A stretch of 64,000 bases of DNA from Mobula hypostoma (Eukaryota), in contig NC_086109.1 of assembly GCF_963921235.1 (NCBI RefSeq), positions 16,742,001 through 16,806,000 of the forward strand, written 5' to 3'. The notes under the pieces are model-generated. The model did no database searches. It saw only the letters and a list, made by a program, of their open reading frames with translations, and was not told the DNA's origin. Of the stretch, positions 24,000 through 36,066 are shown piece by piece. The first letter of the stretch is position 1. Each line of letters opens with the position of its first letter. A program made the position numbers and the translations under genes.

Positions 24000-25279
24000 T
24001 GTCTGGCTGAAGAAATTCCTCTTCACTTCTGTTCTAAGGGGCGACCTTCTATTCTGGAGTTGTGACCTCTGGACAGAGATTGGAATCATCATCTCCACGT
24101 CCACTCTATCTAGGCCTTTCAGTGTTCTATAGGTTTCATTAAGATTCCCCCACCCTCATTCCTCTAACCTCCAGAGGCATCACAACAAGCCTTGCATTAA
24201 GATCTTCTGTGAAGGCCTCCCTTTGTGCCTTTCCTCAATTGTCCTGGGTCAGTTTTAATAGTAAAAAACTTGACTTCAGCTGTGCACCTCCCCTTTAAGA
24301 CATCCCCTCTAAATGCGCCAAGCCAGTCATGATACTAGCTCTCTGCTCTAGGGTGCAGCCACCTGATGCTGTAAGATTGGTGGCCATCTGCTTCAGAAGC
24401 AACAAGTAACATTAAACGATAGTAATATCTTTTACTCAGTAAGTGGTGGGTGTGTGAAACAAGCTGCCGGGGTAATGGTAGAGGAGGATACACTAGTAAC
24501 ATTTAAGGGACTCTTAGATAGGCACATAGATGAAAGAAAAATGGTCTGTGTAGGAGGGAAGGATTGATCTTGCGGTAAGTTAAAATGTTGGCACAACATC
24601 GGGGGCTGAAGGGCCTGTACTGTGCTGTAATGTTCTAAGTTTTATCTTCTAAGGTGGATTGGGAGGCAATTAGCCTAAGCGTATTTAAAGTGCTTCTGGA
24701 TAAATGCACTACAGGGGGAAAAGTAAATATATTAAAAGTGGGAAAAGTGGATATATTATTGGGGTGATAAAAATGGATGGGCAGAAATTGACCAGTTGTG
24801 CCGAAGAGGATGATTCAGCTGCCAGGTAATATGAAATGATTAAATACAATAGCACATTTCCTCTCTTCATTCTAATTTTTTATGATACCCCTGACAATAT
24901 GAAAGCCTTTTTGGGGATTGACTTTACAGCAGATAGATAGCCACTTAGTGAGGGATTTTAATCCCAAGGAAAGCCCCTGATTTCCTCTTTGTACGTGCAC
25001 TGTTTCATCAAGAAAAAGATGGCCTTATACTGTGGAGCATGCCACCTCATCGTCGCCTTGGCCAAGACACAGAGGACAATGAAAAGTACAAAAATAATTT
25101 GTGGTTCTTGTTATTGCACTTTATCTCTTCAATTTATGCTGATTTTAACACAATGTTCTCAAGATGAAAAGGCAATGTTCCAACTCATTGCACCACCTCA
25201 TCCCTCCATCAGAGTGGAGAAAAGCATTACATCCCTGAGAGAGCACGAGTTTCTGTCACAATGCAATTAAACAACAATA

Positions 25280-27300
25280 GAGTCACACAGCAGGAAACAG
25301 GCCATTCGGCCCATCTCATCCATGCCCAGCAAGCTCATCCCATCTGCCTGCATTTGGCCTATAGCGTTCTAAACCTCTCCTGTCCACCTAGATGACTTGT
25401 AAATGCTGCTCACATATCCACCAAAACCTTCATTTCTGGCAGCTCATTCCAAACATGCAACACTCTTTGTGTGTCACAACTGCCCCTGATGTCCCTTATA
25501 AATCTCCTGCCTCTGACCTTAAAACTATGCCCCCTTGTTTATAGCAGCCCCTCCCTGAGAAAAGATCTATGTGCACTCACCCTGTCTAAGCCCCTCACGA
25601 TTTTTTATACCCCTATCAGGTCACCTCTCAATCTTTTGCATTCCAGGGAATAAAATCCTAGTCCGTGCAAGCTCTCCTTGTCATTCAGACACCCGAGTCC
25701 AGGTAACTGCCTGATAAATCTTTTCTACACTCTTTCTAGTCTAATAAAATTTCTCTTATAACAGAGTGACTAGAACTGTACACAATACCCCAAGCGTGGT
25801 CTCACTGGAGTGCTGTGCAGAAGTCTGAGACACACATATATATAGCGAGGCTGCCTAAGACTTTTGGGCAGTACTGTATTTGTCAATGTGGAGCGTAGAC
25901 TGAGTTTGTAAATCTGGCGAGAGCATAGGTTGTTGGGAGTGGCAAGGGAGAGGTGTGGGACGGGTGGCAGAGGAGGAGTGCTGGGGCCAGGTGTGCTGTA
26001 GGTGCAGACACCCCCAGCCCTGAGACACCAGACAAGGTCATTTGATTCCAAACAATTGGTTTGTTGATCATTACAGAAAGTCTCTCTTGCACTTCCCGCT
26101 CCCTCCCCTTTCCCGACCCCTTTTCCCAACCATGATTCCCTCTCCCTGCCCCCTTCCCACTCTCAGTCCACAACAGAGACCCATATCAGAATCAGGTTTA
26201 TCACATACGTCATGAAATTTGGTTTTTTTGTGGCAGCAGAACAGTGCAATACATAAAATCACTACAGTACTGTGCAAAAGTCTTAGGCACCCTCGCTATA
26301 TATGTGTGTAAGACTTTTAGACAGTACTGTAACTGTAATATAACTTCCTAACTCCTATACTTAGTGACCTGACTGATGAAGACTGGCATGCTGAACTCTT
26401 TCACCACCCTATCTACCCGCGATGCTGACTTCAGTGAACTGCTATACGTACTTGCATGCCTTGGTCTCTCTGCTCCATAACATTCCCAGGGCCCCACCAT
26501 TTACTGTCTGAGCCTTAACCTGGTTAAATCCCTCAAAATGCAATACTCATATTTATCATAATTGAAACACATTCTCATCCCACGTACCTAATTAATCAAG
26601 GTTCCCCAGTAATTTTTCATAATATTCTACGTTATTTTCAACACCATCTATTTTAGTATCATCCTCAAAATTATTAACCATGCCTTGTACATTCGTATCG
26701 AAATCATTCGTATAAATTACATGTAATAAAGGTCCCAACACAAACCTTGCAGCACACGACTTGACACAGGCCTCCAGTCTGAGGAAGCACCTTCGACAAT
26801 CACTCTCTGCTCCCTACCACTCAGACAATTATGAATTCAATCCACTATCTCCCCTTATCCCTTGTTGTACAACCTTCCTGATTATCCTGCCATGAGGGAC
26901 TTGCTAAAGTCCATGTAGTTAATATCCACTGCCTATTCCCATCTACCCTCCTTGGAGAACTCTCAGAGATTTGTCAAACATGACTTTGTACACAAAAAGC
27001 CATTCTGTTCCAAATTGAAATCTACCTCTGCTAATATTGATAGCCCTTCTCCCTCAGAATCCCCTCAGCAATTTACCCATCCATGATATCACACTCATCG
27101 GCCTGTAGTTTCCTGGCTCATTTCTGCTATCCCAACTAAATAATGGTACTACACTGGCAACTCTCCAATCCTCTGGGACCTCATATGTGGCCAGAAATTA
27201 AACAAAACTTGCTGCAAGGTTCTGCAATTTCTTCTCCAGGTTCCCACAAGGTCTGAAAGTGCACCAGGTCAAGGCCCACCTTTGTACTTTTTAAGTCTCC
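25280..27300 (-). mobile_element. Old degraded CR1-type LINE
   Basis: Tail motif at about 25285, VRPRLGYCVQF remnant, degenerate RT sequence to about 27300. Confidence 0.65.
25808..26329. mobile_element. Composite Tc1/mariner-type MITE bounded by two 65-70 bp TIR-TIR units
   Basis: cagtactgtgcaaaagtctta-type TIR occurs four times; TA next to the intact TIRs. Confidence 0.75.
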
Positions 27301-27904
27301 AGTACCTCCCTCCTACCTATTTGTATGCAGTCCAAGACAACACCACCCCTTAGCTTCTCCTCGGTGCAAAAGTGATTAACTGGCATAAAATAATTAATTT
27401 GTTCGGTGTTGGTATTGAGTCCATGTTCCATGAAACCTCTGCTGCAAAACCCCTTTTTTCCCGTTGGTTTTTCTGACTTAACATTTGCTGTTTCCCTTCC
27501 TTTGTTGTAAAGACCTTTCACAATCTCCCCCATGAATGAGGAATTCTCCACAAATACAAGTTGGCTTTGTTATTGCTGATCACATTCTTCATACTAAAAA
27601 CAAAGGACTATGTGTCCAATTAATTTGTATTGATGTCAGAAAAGGTTCCGTGTTATCAACAACTGCTGATGGGGGATTCACAACTTTAAAATCTGCTGAA
27701 GCTTAAATACTCTAGCCATCAGAAACTGTGTGGATTGGTGATGGGTGGACAACCCTAAAATGTATTTCTTAATTACTGAACAAACAATTTTTTTCTTCGT
27801 TTCTTCTCATATTATAGTGCAGGAAGGCACCAGAGTTTGATCATCAACAGAGAGAAATTCCCAGCAAATTAGATTTCACAAATGGAAAATGACCTAAAAG
27901 TTAG

Positions 27905-28950
27905 TCCAAATTTCAAAGTAAATTTATTACCAAAGTACATATATGTCACCACATACAGCCCCGAGATTCATTTTCTTGCAGGCAATTGCTGTCAAAACAA
28001 GAAACACAATAGAATCAATGAAAGACTGCCCCCAACAGGGCAGACAAAATGTCACTGTGCAAACGACTGCAAACTGTGAAAGTACAAAAACAAATAATAA
28101 TAAGAAGAAATAAATAAACAATAAGTATCAAGAACATGAGATGAAGAGTGCTTGAAAGTGGGTCCATACAGTAGATTGTGGGAACAGTTCAGTGATGGGG
28201 CGAGTGAAGTTATCCCCTCTTAGTCAAGAGCCTGATGGTTGAGGGGCAATAATGCTCCTGAACCTGGTGTGCGGGTCTTGACGACCCTATCCTTCTTCCT
28301 GATTGTAGAAGAGAGCTTGGCCTGGATGGTGGGAGTCCTTGATGATGCTATTTTCCTGCGACAGTGTTCCATGTAAATGTGCTCAGTGTTTGAGATGGCT
28401 TTATGCATGATGGACTGGGCCGTATCCACTACCTTTTGTAGGCTTTTCCATTCAAGGGCATTGGCATTGCAATGTCAGGTTGTGATGCAGTCAATCAATA
28501 TATTCTTCAGCACACACCTAAAGTTTTAGATGATATGGCAAACTTTCGCAAACTTCCAAGCAAGTAGAGGACCTGCTGTACTTTCTTTGTAATTGCACTT
28601 TGAAACGATAACACTAAGGAATTTAAAGTTGCTGATCCCCCGATGAGAACTGCTCATGGACCTCCAGCTTCCTCCTCCTGAAGTCAATAATCAGCTCCCT
28701 AGTCTTGCTGACATAGAGTGAGAGGTTGTTCTTGTGTCACCACTCAGCCAGATATTTAATCTCCCTCTTATATGCTGATTCATCGCCGCCTTTGATTTCT
28801 GCCAACAGTGGTGTCATCAGAAAACTTAAATATGGCTTTGGAGCTCTGCTTAGCCTCACAGTCATAAGTATAAAGTGAGTAGAGCAGCGGGCTAAGCACA
28901 TAGCCTTGTGTTGCACTTGTGCTGACGGAGATCATGGAGGAAATGTCTGA
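27905..28950 (-). mobile_element. Degraded Rex/Babar-type LINE 3' part
   Basis: ttcaaagtaaatttatt end; remnants of the FADD region (gtgtcatcagaaaactt). Confidence 0.65.
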
Positions 28951-31071
28951 ACCAATCATAGAATATTACAGCACAGTACAGGCCCTTCAGCCCACAATGT
29001 TGCGCTGACCTTTTAACATACTCTAAGTTCAATTATCTTGTACGCTCTGTCATGTCGTCTCTCATCGTCCTTCGCTCCAAAGAGAAAAGCCCTAGCTCGC
29101 ACGGCCTATCAAAACTGCAGGCACAAGGATGAGTTCATTGCTGGGTGACCAGCAATGAGTTACCTTCTGGCAGTGGAAAATGGAAGTTGTCTTGAATGGA
29201 TGGTTGAGGCCAGATGTGGTCTTAGTTAAAGGCTGCCAGTGATTCTGAGTTATTCCAGTTCCTCTAACTTTTCATTGTTACCCAAGAGACAGACAGACGC
29301 ACACAGTCAGAGTCTCTCTCTCTCTCTCTCTCTCTCCCCAGACTACATCACTCATCTTTCATTATCGCTGGGTGAATTTTCACCAGTCTGGGATGTTTGA
29401 TATCCTTCAGCACAATGGCGGTAGCTCTCCTGCAAGAATGCATGGTCCATGAAGGGATCTCACACCACTTCCTCCAGCAAGTTTAAAGAAGTGCTTTTCT
29501 CAAAGTTAAAAGTTCACAGTAATTTTATCATCAAAGCGTGTATGGACAGTATATATCACTGTGTACTATCTTGCGATTCATTTTCTTGCAGGCATTGACA
29601 GAAAAATAAAGAAATGCGGAGCTATTTATGTAAAAACCATAAATAACCAATGTACAAAAAAAAGACAAATCATGCAAATAATTTTTTTAAAGTAACAAAA
29701 TAATATGGAGTTGTAGGGTTCTTGAAAGTGAGTCAATAGGTTGTGGAATCAGATCGCATTGAGGAGAGTGAAATTATCCACGCTGGTTCAGGAGCCTGGT
29801 GGTTGTAGGGTAATGACTGTTTCCCAACCTGCTGGTGTGGGACCTAAGGCTTCTGTACCACTTGAACTGATCTTAGTAGTGAGATGAGAACATGGCCTGG
29901 ATGATGGGGGTCCTATGTTTTTATGTCTTTAGAACAAAGGAGGAAAGAGCCTTGTGCCTGATCTATCATGTAACAATAACAGTGCTGACCTTCCATTCTC
30001 CTGCTCTATCCCCATAATCCCTCAATTCCTTTAATAACGAAAAATCAATCAGTCTCTGTTTTGAGCGTGGTCATTGACTGAGCCTCCACAGCCCCCCAGA
30101 GAAGTTCAAAAACTCACTGCTATTTACCTGAAGAAGTTTCTCCTCCATTTGGTCCTAACTGGCCCAGCCATTATTTTGAGACTGTAGCTAATTCTCCTCA
30201 GGCAGGGGAACTCTCTGGCCTGTTTTTACCCAATCCTGCCCTGAAAGACTCTTGAACCTCCAGCAGTGTTATTATCAGGTGTATAAAAAGTAATAAAAAT
30301 TAGTTTTTATAAGCATGTATTGTTCTCTCTATTACATAATTTTTTAAGATTATCAATCATAAAAAAAAGCAGGACACATTGTTCCATTCGATTTTCGCAG
30401 CCACAATAGCACAACAAATTCAGTAGCTGTGTTAACAGCCACATTATGAATGTATCAATCTTTTAAAATTATTATTTCTGTGATAGAAGGACTTTAAAGA
30501 TATTTGCAGTGCTGGGTGGATAATTGCTTTTAAGATGTTCTATTTACAATTGAAAGACATTAAGCAATTTGAAGAAAAACAGGGAAAGTTTGGACAAAAA
30601 GTTACTTGACCTGAAATGTTAATTATCTTTCCATTTCCACAGGCACTGCCTGTCCTGGTGAGTAATTACAGCATTTTCTGTTTTTATTTTTAACTTGATT
30701 CTAAAGGCAGACACAGCTGGTTAAACCATAAGACTTAGGAGCAGAATTAGACCATTCGGCCTATTGAGTTTACTCTGCCATTCAACCGTGGCTGATTTAT
30801 TATCCCTCCCATTCCCATTCTCCTGCCTTCTTGTAATCTACAATACCCTTACTAATCAAGAACCCATCAACCTCTGCTTTAGATATACCCAATGAGTTGG
30901 CATCCAAAGCCATCTGCGGCAATGAATTCCACAGATTCACCCCCTTCTGTAGCTGAAGAAATCCCTCCTCATCCCTGTTTTAAAGAGACATCCTTGTTTT
31001 CTGAGGCAGTGCCCTCTGGTCCTAGACTCACCCACTATAGGAAACGTCCTGTCCATGTCCACTCCATGTCC

Positions 31072-33606
31072 AGAAATGTGTGCAATAAAGGAACAGCAGT
31101 TATAATGGGTGACTTCAATCTACATGTAGACTGGGTGAACCAAATTGGTAAAGGTGCTGAGGAAGAGGATTTCTTGGAATGTATGCGGGATGGTTTTTTG
31201 AACCAACATGTCGAGGAACCAACTAGAGAGCAGGCTATTCTGGACTGGGTTTTGAGCAATGAGGAAGGGTTAATTAGTGATCTTGTCGTGAGAGGCCCCT
31301 TGGGTAAGAGTGACCATAATATGGTGGAATTCTTCATTAATATGGAGAGTGACATAGTTAATTCAGAAACAAAGGTTCTGAACTTAAAGAGGGGTAACTT
31401 TGAAGGTATGAGACGGGAATTAGCTAAGATAGACTGGCAAATGACACTTAAAGGATTGACGGTGGATATGCAATGGCAAACATTTAAAGGTTGCATGGAT
31501 GAACTACAACAATTGTTCATCCCAGTTTGGCAAAAGAATAAATCAAGGAAGGTAGTGCACCCGTGGCTGACAAGAGAAATTAGGGATAGTATCAATTCCA
31601 AAGAAGTAGCATACAAATTAGCCAGAGAAAGTGGCTCACCTGAGGACTGGGAGAAATTCAGAGTTTAGCAGAGGAGGACAAAGGGCTTAATTAGGAAGGG
31701 GAAAAAGATTATGAGAGAAAACTAGCAGGGAACATAAAAACGGACTGTAAAAGCTTTTATAGATATGTAAAAAGGAAAAGACTGGTAAAGACAAATGTAG
31801 GTCCCCTGCAGACAGAAACAGGTGAATTGATTATGGGAAGCAAGGACATGGCAGACCAATTGAATAATTACTTTGGTTCTGTCTTCACTAAGGAGGACAT
31901 AAATAATCTTCCAGAAATAGTAAGGGACAGAGGGTCCAGTGAGATGGAGGAACTGAGTGAAATACATGTTAGTAGGGAAGTGGTGTTAGGTAAATTGAAG
32001 GGATTGAAGGCAGATAAATCCCCAGGGCCAGATGGTCTGCATCCCAGAGTGCTTAAGGAAGTAGCCCAAGAAATAGTGGATGCATTAGTGATAATTTTTC
32101 AAAACTCGTTAGATTCTGGACTAGTTCCTGAGGATTGGAGGGTGGCTAATGTAACCCCACTTTTTAAAAAAGGAGGGAGAGAGAAACCGGGGAATTATAG
32201 ACCGGTTAGCCTAACGTCGGTGGTGGGGAAACTGCTGGAGTCAGTTATCAAGGATGTGATAACAGCACATTTGGAAAGCGGTAAAATGATCGGACAAAGT
32301 CAGCATGGATTTGTGAAAGGAAAATCATGTCTGACGAATCTCATAGAATTTTTTGAGGATGTAACTAGTAGAGTGGATAGGGGAGAACCAGTGGATGTGG
32401 TATATTTGGATTTTCAAAAGGCTTTTGACAAGGTCCCACACAGGAGATTAGTGTGCAAACTTAAAGCACACGGTATTGGGGGTAAGGTATTGGTGTGGGT
32501 GGAGAATTGGTTAGCAGACAGGAAGCAAAGAGTGGGAATAAACGGGACCTTTTCAGAATGGCAGGCGGTGACTAGTGGGGTACCGCAAGGCTCAGTGCTG
32601 GGACCCCAGTTGTTTACAATATATATTAATGACTTGGATGAGGGAATTAAATGCAGCATCTCCAAGTTTGCGGATGACACGAAGCTGGGTGGCAGTGTTA
32701 GCAGTGAGGAGGATGCTAAGAGGATGCAGGGTGACTTGGATAGGTTGGGTGAGTGGGCAAACTCATGGCAGATGCAATTTAATGTGGATAAATGTGAAGT
32801 TATCCACTTTGGTGGCAAAAATAGGAAAACAGATTATTATCTGAATGGTGGCCGATTAGGAAAAGGGGAGGTGCAACGAGACCTGGGTGTCATTATACAC
32901 CAGTCATTGAAAGTGGGCATGCAGGTACAGCAGGCGGTGAAAAAGGCGAATAGTATGCTGGCATTTATAGCGAGAGGATTCGAGTACAGGAGCAGGGAGG
33001 TACTACTGCAGTTGTACAATGCCCTGGTGAGACCACACCTGGAGTATTGTGTGCAGTTTTGGTCCCCTAATCTGAGGAAAGACATCTTTGCCATAGAGGG
33101 AGTACAAAGAAGGTTCACCAGATTGATTCCTGGGATGGCAGGACTTTCATATGAAGAAAGACTGGATGAACTGGGCTTGTACTCATTGGAATTTAGAAGA
33201 TTGAGGGGGGATCTGATTGAAACGTATAAGATCCTAAAGGGATTGGACAGGCTAGATGCAGGAAGATTGTTCCCGATGTTGGGGAAGTCCAGAACGAGGG
33301 GCCACAGTTTGAGGATAGAGGGGAAGCCTTTTAGGACCGAGATTAGGAAAAACTTCTTCACACAGAGAGTGGTGAATCTGTGGAATTCTCTGCCACAGGA
33401 AACAGTTGAGACCAGTTCATTGGCTATATTTAAGAGGGAGTTAGATATGGCCCTTGTGGCTAAATGGATCAGGGGGTATGGAGGGAAGGCTGGTACAGGG
33501 TTCTGAGTTGGATGATCAGCCATGATCATAATAAATGGCGGTGCAGGCTGGAAGGGCTGAATGGCCTACTCCTGCACCTATTTTCTATGTTTTTCTATGT
33601 TTCTAT
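31072..33606 (+). mobile_element. Young 5'-truncated CR1 LINE (2.5 kb)
   Basis: APE C-terminus, RT and 3' UTR with (tttctatg)n tail; only one in-frame stop (31666-31668) and one frameshift (about 31701-31706) visible. Confidence 0.96.
31827..33506 (+). CDS. Open CR1 ORF2 reverse transcriptase frame (559 aa; part of a truncated element, probably not expressed)
   Basis: KSPGPDG, NYRPVSLTS, QHGF, YLDFQKAFD, GVPQGSVLGP, KFADD, LVRPHLEY. Confidence 0.9.
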   Translation: MIMGSKDMADQLNNYFGSVFTKEDINNLPEIVRDRGSSEMEELSEIHVSREVVLGKLKGLKADKSPGPDGLHPRVLKEVAQEIVDALVIIFQNSLDSGLVPEDWRVANVTPLFKKGGREKPGNYRPVSLTSVVGKLLESVIKDVITAHLESGKMIGQSQHGFVKGKSCLTNLIEFFEDVTSRVDRGEPVDVVYLDFQKAFDKVPHRRLVCKLKAHGIGGKVLVWVENWLADRKQRVGINGTFSEWQAVTSGVPQGSVLGPQLFTIYINDLDEGIKCSISKFADDTKLGGSVSSEEDAKRMQGDLDRLGEWANSWQMQFNVDKCEVIHFGGKNRKTDYYLNGGRLGKGEVQRDLGVIIHQSLKVGMQVQQAVKKANSMLAFIARGFEYRSREVLLQLYNALVRPHLEYCVQFWSPNLRKDIFAIEGVQRRFTRLIPGMAGLSYEERLDELGLYSLEFRRLRGDLIETYKILKGLDRLDAGRLFPMLGKSRTRGHSLRIEGKPFRTEIRKNFFTQRVVNLWNSLPQETVETSSLAIFKRELDMALVAKWIRGYGGKAGTGF

Positions 33607-34299
33607 CTAGGCCTTTCAATATTCAATCAGTTTCAATAAGATAGAACAGTACACAGGAACAGGCCTTGCAGCCCACAATGATCCCCCCCTTATTCTTAAA
33701 CTTCAGCGAGTACAGATCCACATTAATGAACCACACCTCATAATTAACCCTTTCATTCCCAGGATCATTCTCATGAACTTCCTCCGGATCGTCTCCAGTG
33801 CCAGCACATCCTTTCTTCGATGAGGGGCACAAAACTGCTCAGAATACTCCAAGTGCAGGCTGAGCAATGTTTTATAAAGACTCGGCATTAAATCCTTGTT
33901 TTTATGTTCTAGTCCTCTCGAAATGAATCCCAATATTCTATTTGACATCTGTTACCGATCTAGTGTCCAAGCAGACGTCAACTTCACTAGAATACAGATG
34001 ATGCCTCTGACTTAAGCCAGTTCTTTCATCCACCATCATTAAGAGACCATAAGCGTTTCACTGGTCATTAGATCTTTTGCCATTAACCTCTCGCATGGGA
34101 CTGCCACCTACACTCAGTGGCCACTTTACTAGGTACACCTGTACTCCTGCTTGTTAATACAAATGTACAATCAGCCAATCCTGTGGCAACAACTCAATGC
34201 ATAAAAGCATGCAGACATGGTCAAGAGGTTCAGTTATTGTTCAGAGCAAACATCAGGAATGGTGAAAGTAATGCGATCTAAGAGACTGACAGTGGAAGC

Positions 34300-34437
34300 A
34301 CAAACACAAGAAAATCTGCAGATGTTGGAAATCCAAAGCAACACACAGAAAATGCTGGAGGAGCTCAGCAGGTCAGGCAGCATCCATGGAAAAGAGTAAA
34401 CAGTCAACGTTTCAGGCCGAAAACCTTCATCAGGACT
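34300..34437 (-). mobile_element. Penelope-derived fragment nested in the Tc1 derivative
   Basis: Common tail and arm; the host resumes at cgtggaatg. Confidence 0.8.
34401..34437 (-). ncRNA. Minimal type I hammerhead ribozyme motif (predicted)
   Basis: Minus strand: agtc-CTGATGA-aggt(tttcg)gcct-GAAAC-GTT-gact; intact core, NUH triplet GUU. Confidence 0.65.
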
Positions 34438-36066
34438 CGTGGAATGTTTGTTGGCGTCATACGGGTGTTTTGAGTATCTCCGAAACTGCTGATCTGCTGT
34501 GATTTTCATGCACAACAGTCAATAGAATTTTAGAGATCGGTGCAAAAAACAAAAAAAAAATCCAGTAGGCAGCAGTTCTATAGGTGAAAACCCCTTGTTA
34601 ATGAGAGAGGTCAGAGAAGAATGGCCGGACTGGTTCAAGCTGACAGGAAGGTGACAGTAACTCATGTAACCACACATTATAACAGTGGTGTGAAGAAAAG
34701 CATCTCTGAACACATATGTTGAATTTTGAAGTGGACGGGCTAGAGCAGCAGAAGATGACAAACATACACTCAGTGGCCACTTTACTAAACACATGAGGTA
34801 CCTAATAAAGTGGCCATTCAGTGTCTTTCCCCCTGTACTTTTTTTCAGTCAGATTGCTCTCAGATTTACTCCCCTTTATTAAATTACCATTGTTACAAAG
34901 CAGTAGGCAGGCTGGTGTGAGGGTGCAAAGTCCTGAGTTTTGTATTTCCATTCAGTGATATTCTGTGCTCAGCTGACAGCAAAAGCAAACCTGCACTTGC
35001 TTCCAACAAGGAAGATAATGAAGCTTCTGCTTTGTAGTGTGAATACAAATTTGAAAAAGCAGCAGAGAGGCAACTTTCAGGATGCCCTGATCCAAGAGAA
35101 TGAGCGGTGACCTAATAGAAGGTTATAAAAACATAAGGGGTAAAGGTAAGGTGGATGGTCAGAGTCTTTTCCCCAGGGTGGGGGAATCCAAAACTAGAGG
35201 CACAGATACAAGGTAAGAGGGGAGAGATTTGAAAGAGAACTGAGAAGTAGATTCTTTACGTAGAGGGTAGTGAGTGCCCGAATTATGCAGCCCGAGGAAG
35301 TGGTGGTGGTGGGTACAATTGTAGCAGTTAGGAGACATGGAGCAGAGACGCTTGGAGGCTATGGACCTAACAAGGGCCTGTTGGGACTACCAGGAAGGAT
35401 GCTGTGGTCAGCATGGAATAGATTGTCTGAAGGGTTTGTTCAGTGCTGTATTACTCTATGACTCTATGACCCAAGCCACATCAGCAATGCATCCAAAAGT
35501 GAACAGAAATCTACAGTAAATTGGCATTCTCCAAAGGGAGGTTGCGTGGCACAGCTGGCAGAACAGCTACCTTGCAGTTCCAGGGACCAGTTTCAATCCT
35601 GACCTCTTGCAACATCTGCATGGAGTTTGCACTTTGTCCTCATAACCATGTGGGTTTCCTCTGGGTGCTCCGGCTTCCTCCCACGTCCCAACGACATGTG
35701 GATTTATGGGTTAATTGGCCACTGTAAATTGCTCTGAGTGTGTAGGTGAGTGTGGAAACTGGTGGAAGTTGATGAGAATATAGATTAACATAAAATTTGT
35801 GTAAATGGGTGATAGGTGGTTTCTAGTTAGGATGGGTGGCGGGGCGGAGATACCAAAGGAGGTTTAAGGCACTCCCTACCTCCACTAACATGCAGCTCAC
35901 CCTTGGGCAAGGCGTAGAACCCGCTTATTCCATCCCCCCCCCCCCCCGATCAAGGTTATGTGAAGACATAGGAGAAAGTGATGGATGGTGCGATTCTTCA
36001 TATCACAAGTCCTGGTTATGCAACCACTGAAGAGTTATCGATAATGGCTGGGGTCACCTGTCTTAG

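Larger units (their letters stand above)
30724..33945 (-). mobile_element. Older CR1 fragment split by the young CR1 insertion
   Basis: 30724-31071 and 33607-33945 rejoin as ..ccactccat|ctaggcctttc.., as seen unsplit at 7521-7536 and 24100-24120. Confidence 0.8.
34111..34823 (+). mobile_element. Tc1-like deletion derivative, copy 1
   Basis: TA + cactcagtggccacttta TIR; degenerate transposase N-terminus; closing TIR taaagtggccattcagtg. Confidence 0.85.

Noticed and set aside
29313..29400. Exon after (CT)n-cag
   Set aside because: The pyrimidine tract is a microsatellite; the following frames give nothing recognisable
30892..31668. Novel fusion protein ORF (258 aa)
   Set aside because: Chance read-through from an antisense CR1 3' fragment into the truncated endonuclease of the young CR1
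32414..33529. Long antisense ORFs (also 131..673, 31035..31616, 44136..44687)
   Set aside because: Shadows of CR1 ORF2 with no independent motifs
35834..35930. HDV-like ribozyme at the head of the RTE-dependent element
   Set aside because: GGGTG can pair with CACCC, but I could not place P3/L3, P1.1 and J4/2 in the required order
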